A stretch of 61,352 bases of DNA, filler included, from Nemertoderma westbladi (Eukaryota > Animalia > Xenacoelomorpha): the NCBI GenBank assembly GCA_032718475.1. It is 3 parts of 3 records of this genome, joined end to end, with 100 filler letters (N's around TTAATTAATTAA, not from the genome) between each part and the next. Parts side by side here need not be neighbours in the genome. Positions count along the whole stretch, not along the records: positions 47,112 to 61,352 come from JAUCBJ010000390.1; 2 more parts are not named here. One strand, given 5' to 3'. Below the pieces are notes generated by a model. The model saw only the letters and a program-made list of their open reading frames with translations. It did no database searches and was not told the DNA's origin. Position 1 is the first letter of the stretch; every line of letters starts with the position of its first letter. Position numbers and translations under genes: made by a program. Shown here one piece after another: positions 60,282-61,352 of this stretch.

Positions 60282-61352
60282 GGATCGGCAGATGACGGCA
60301 CCAATTACCATTGTCCATTGTGGTCCCAACAATTAATTATGATTTTGTTTGAGATTCTAACATGGAAGTCTAACAATGAGAAATGGCACCAGATGTGTGT
60401 ATACCGCGATTACTACGATGGAGATTAAAACTGTACTCAATATCCGGCTGTACGACACACTTCGTAATATTTATCAATACGAACTAACTCATCTAGGGGG
60501 TTAGAGTTTATTATTACCAACTTATTGTTTTAGGGCCCTCCTGGTACGAATTTACATTGAGGACCGATTTTAAACTTTTGTAAAAAAAAACGTTTGAAAG
60601 CGAAAATAAATATTCATACTCAACCTCAACCAGTAAAACTCTGGAAGCCAAAATATATAATGTTTCATATTTTATGCATTCAATGTTATTTATACACGTT
60701 ATGTTGGGGGATGTGGGTTTCCAAAATTGTAACACTATTTGTAGGACATTGTGTATATTCTTAAAATTAACGAACTGGCAATTTTTATTTGGTGCATTTT
60801 GTAATTTGTGTTTAATTGTTTTCGGGTGTAGAGCAGTAATCGTTAGTATTCGTTCGATATGTCTTTGGATTGGCAGATGAGGGGGTGTTTCGACGCAATC
60901 AAAATTCATCCATATCCAGGGGAAAATGTACGACAATAACAGCTCATAACTTCCCAAAATATAACTGTATACAACCTGTTATATTGACACTATTGTTTTG
61001 GTTAGAATAACGTGCCATTGTAACCTGCCCCATTTCCTTTAATTGATATTTTAACATTGAAGCGAAATATTAATTCACCGAGATGGGATTTGCGGCAAGT
61101 CCCCCCATCCCTCTACAGACATATCCAATCGCAGGAGGACATCGTAATTGTGATATAAATTATAAATAATTGAGAACAATGGGATAAATAATTACTAAAA
61201 ATATAAATTTAATTAATTACAGATTGTAATTAAATTATCATCGCGGTTTAGTATTATGAATAATCGATAATAAAGGTGACTCATGGAGCGTGTGTACTGT
61301 AGGGATGGCATAAAGTTAAAGGCTCCGTTTTTCTATCCACCTAGTGCTTAAA

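Overview
Repeat-dense animal (invertebrate-like) genomic scaffold with two gap spacers (25509-25608, 47012-47111). Host genes are two tRNA-Asp(GTC) copies and single-exon CDSs for ZNHIT1 and RABL6; most of the rest is nested transposable elements. Main result: a BEL/Pao LTR family present in three copies, one intact (8774-20291, apparently identical 1259-bp LTRs, 5-bp TSD GCCGG). It has no tRNA-type primer-binding site. Instead, the bases right after the 5' LTR are the exact complement of a site inside the LTR (11 nt in copy 1, 14 nt in copy 2), and the two sites co-vary between copies, suggesting Tf1-style self-priming in a BEL/Pao element. The intact copy keeps Gag and protease, lacks RT and integrase, and carries extra zinc-knuckle and basic ORFs. 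Second result: a 4.9-kb Polinton/Maverick-ended element (38119-43016; AGTAGT termini, ~400-bp TIRs, 6-bp near-TSD) carrying one intact 569-aa orphan ORF with PC4-like segments, a palindromic repeat array and CTCF-like repeats. Family assignments come from motif recognition by eye; no database searches were run.
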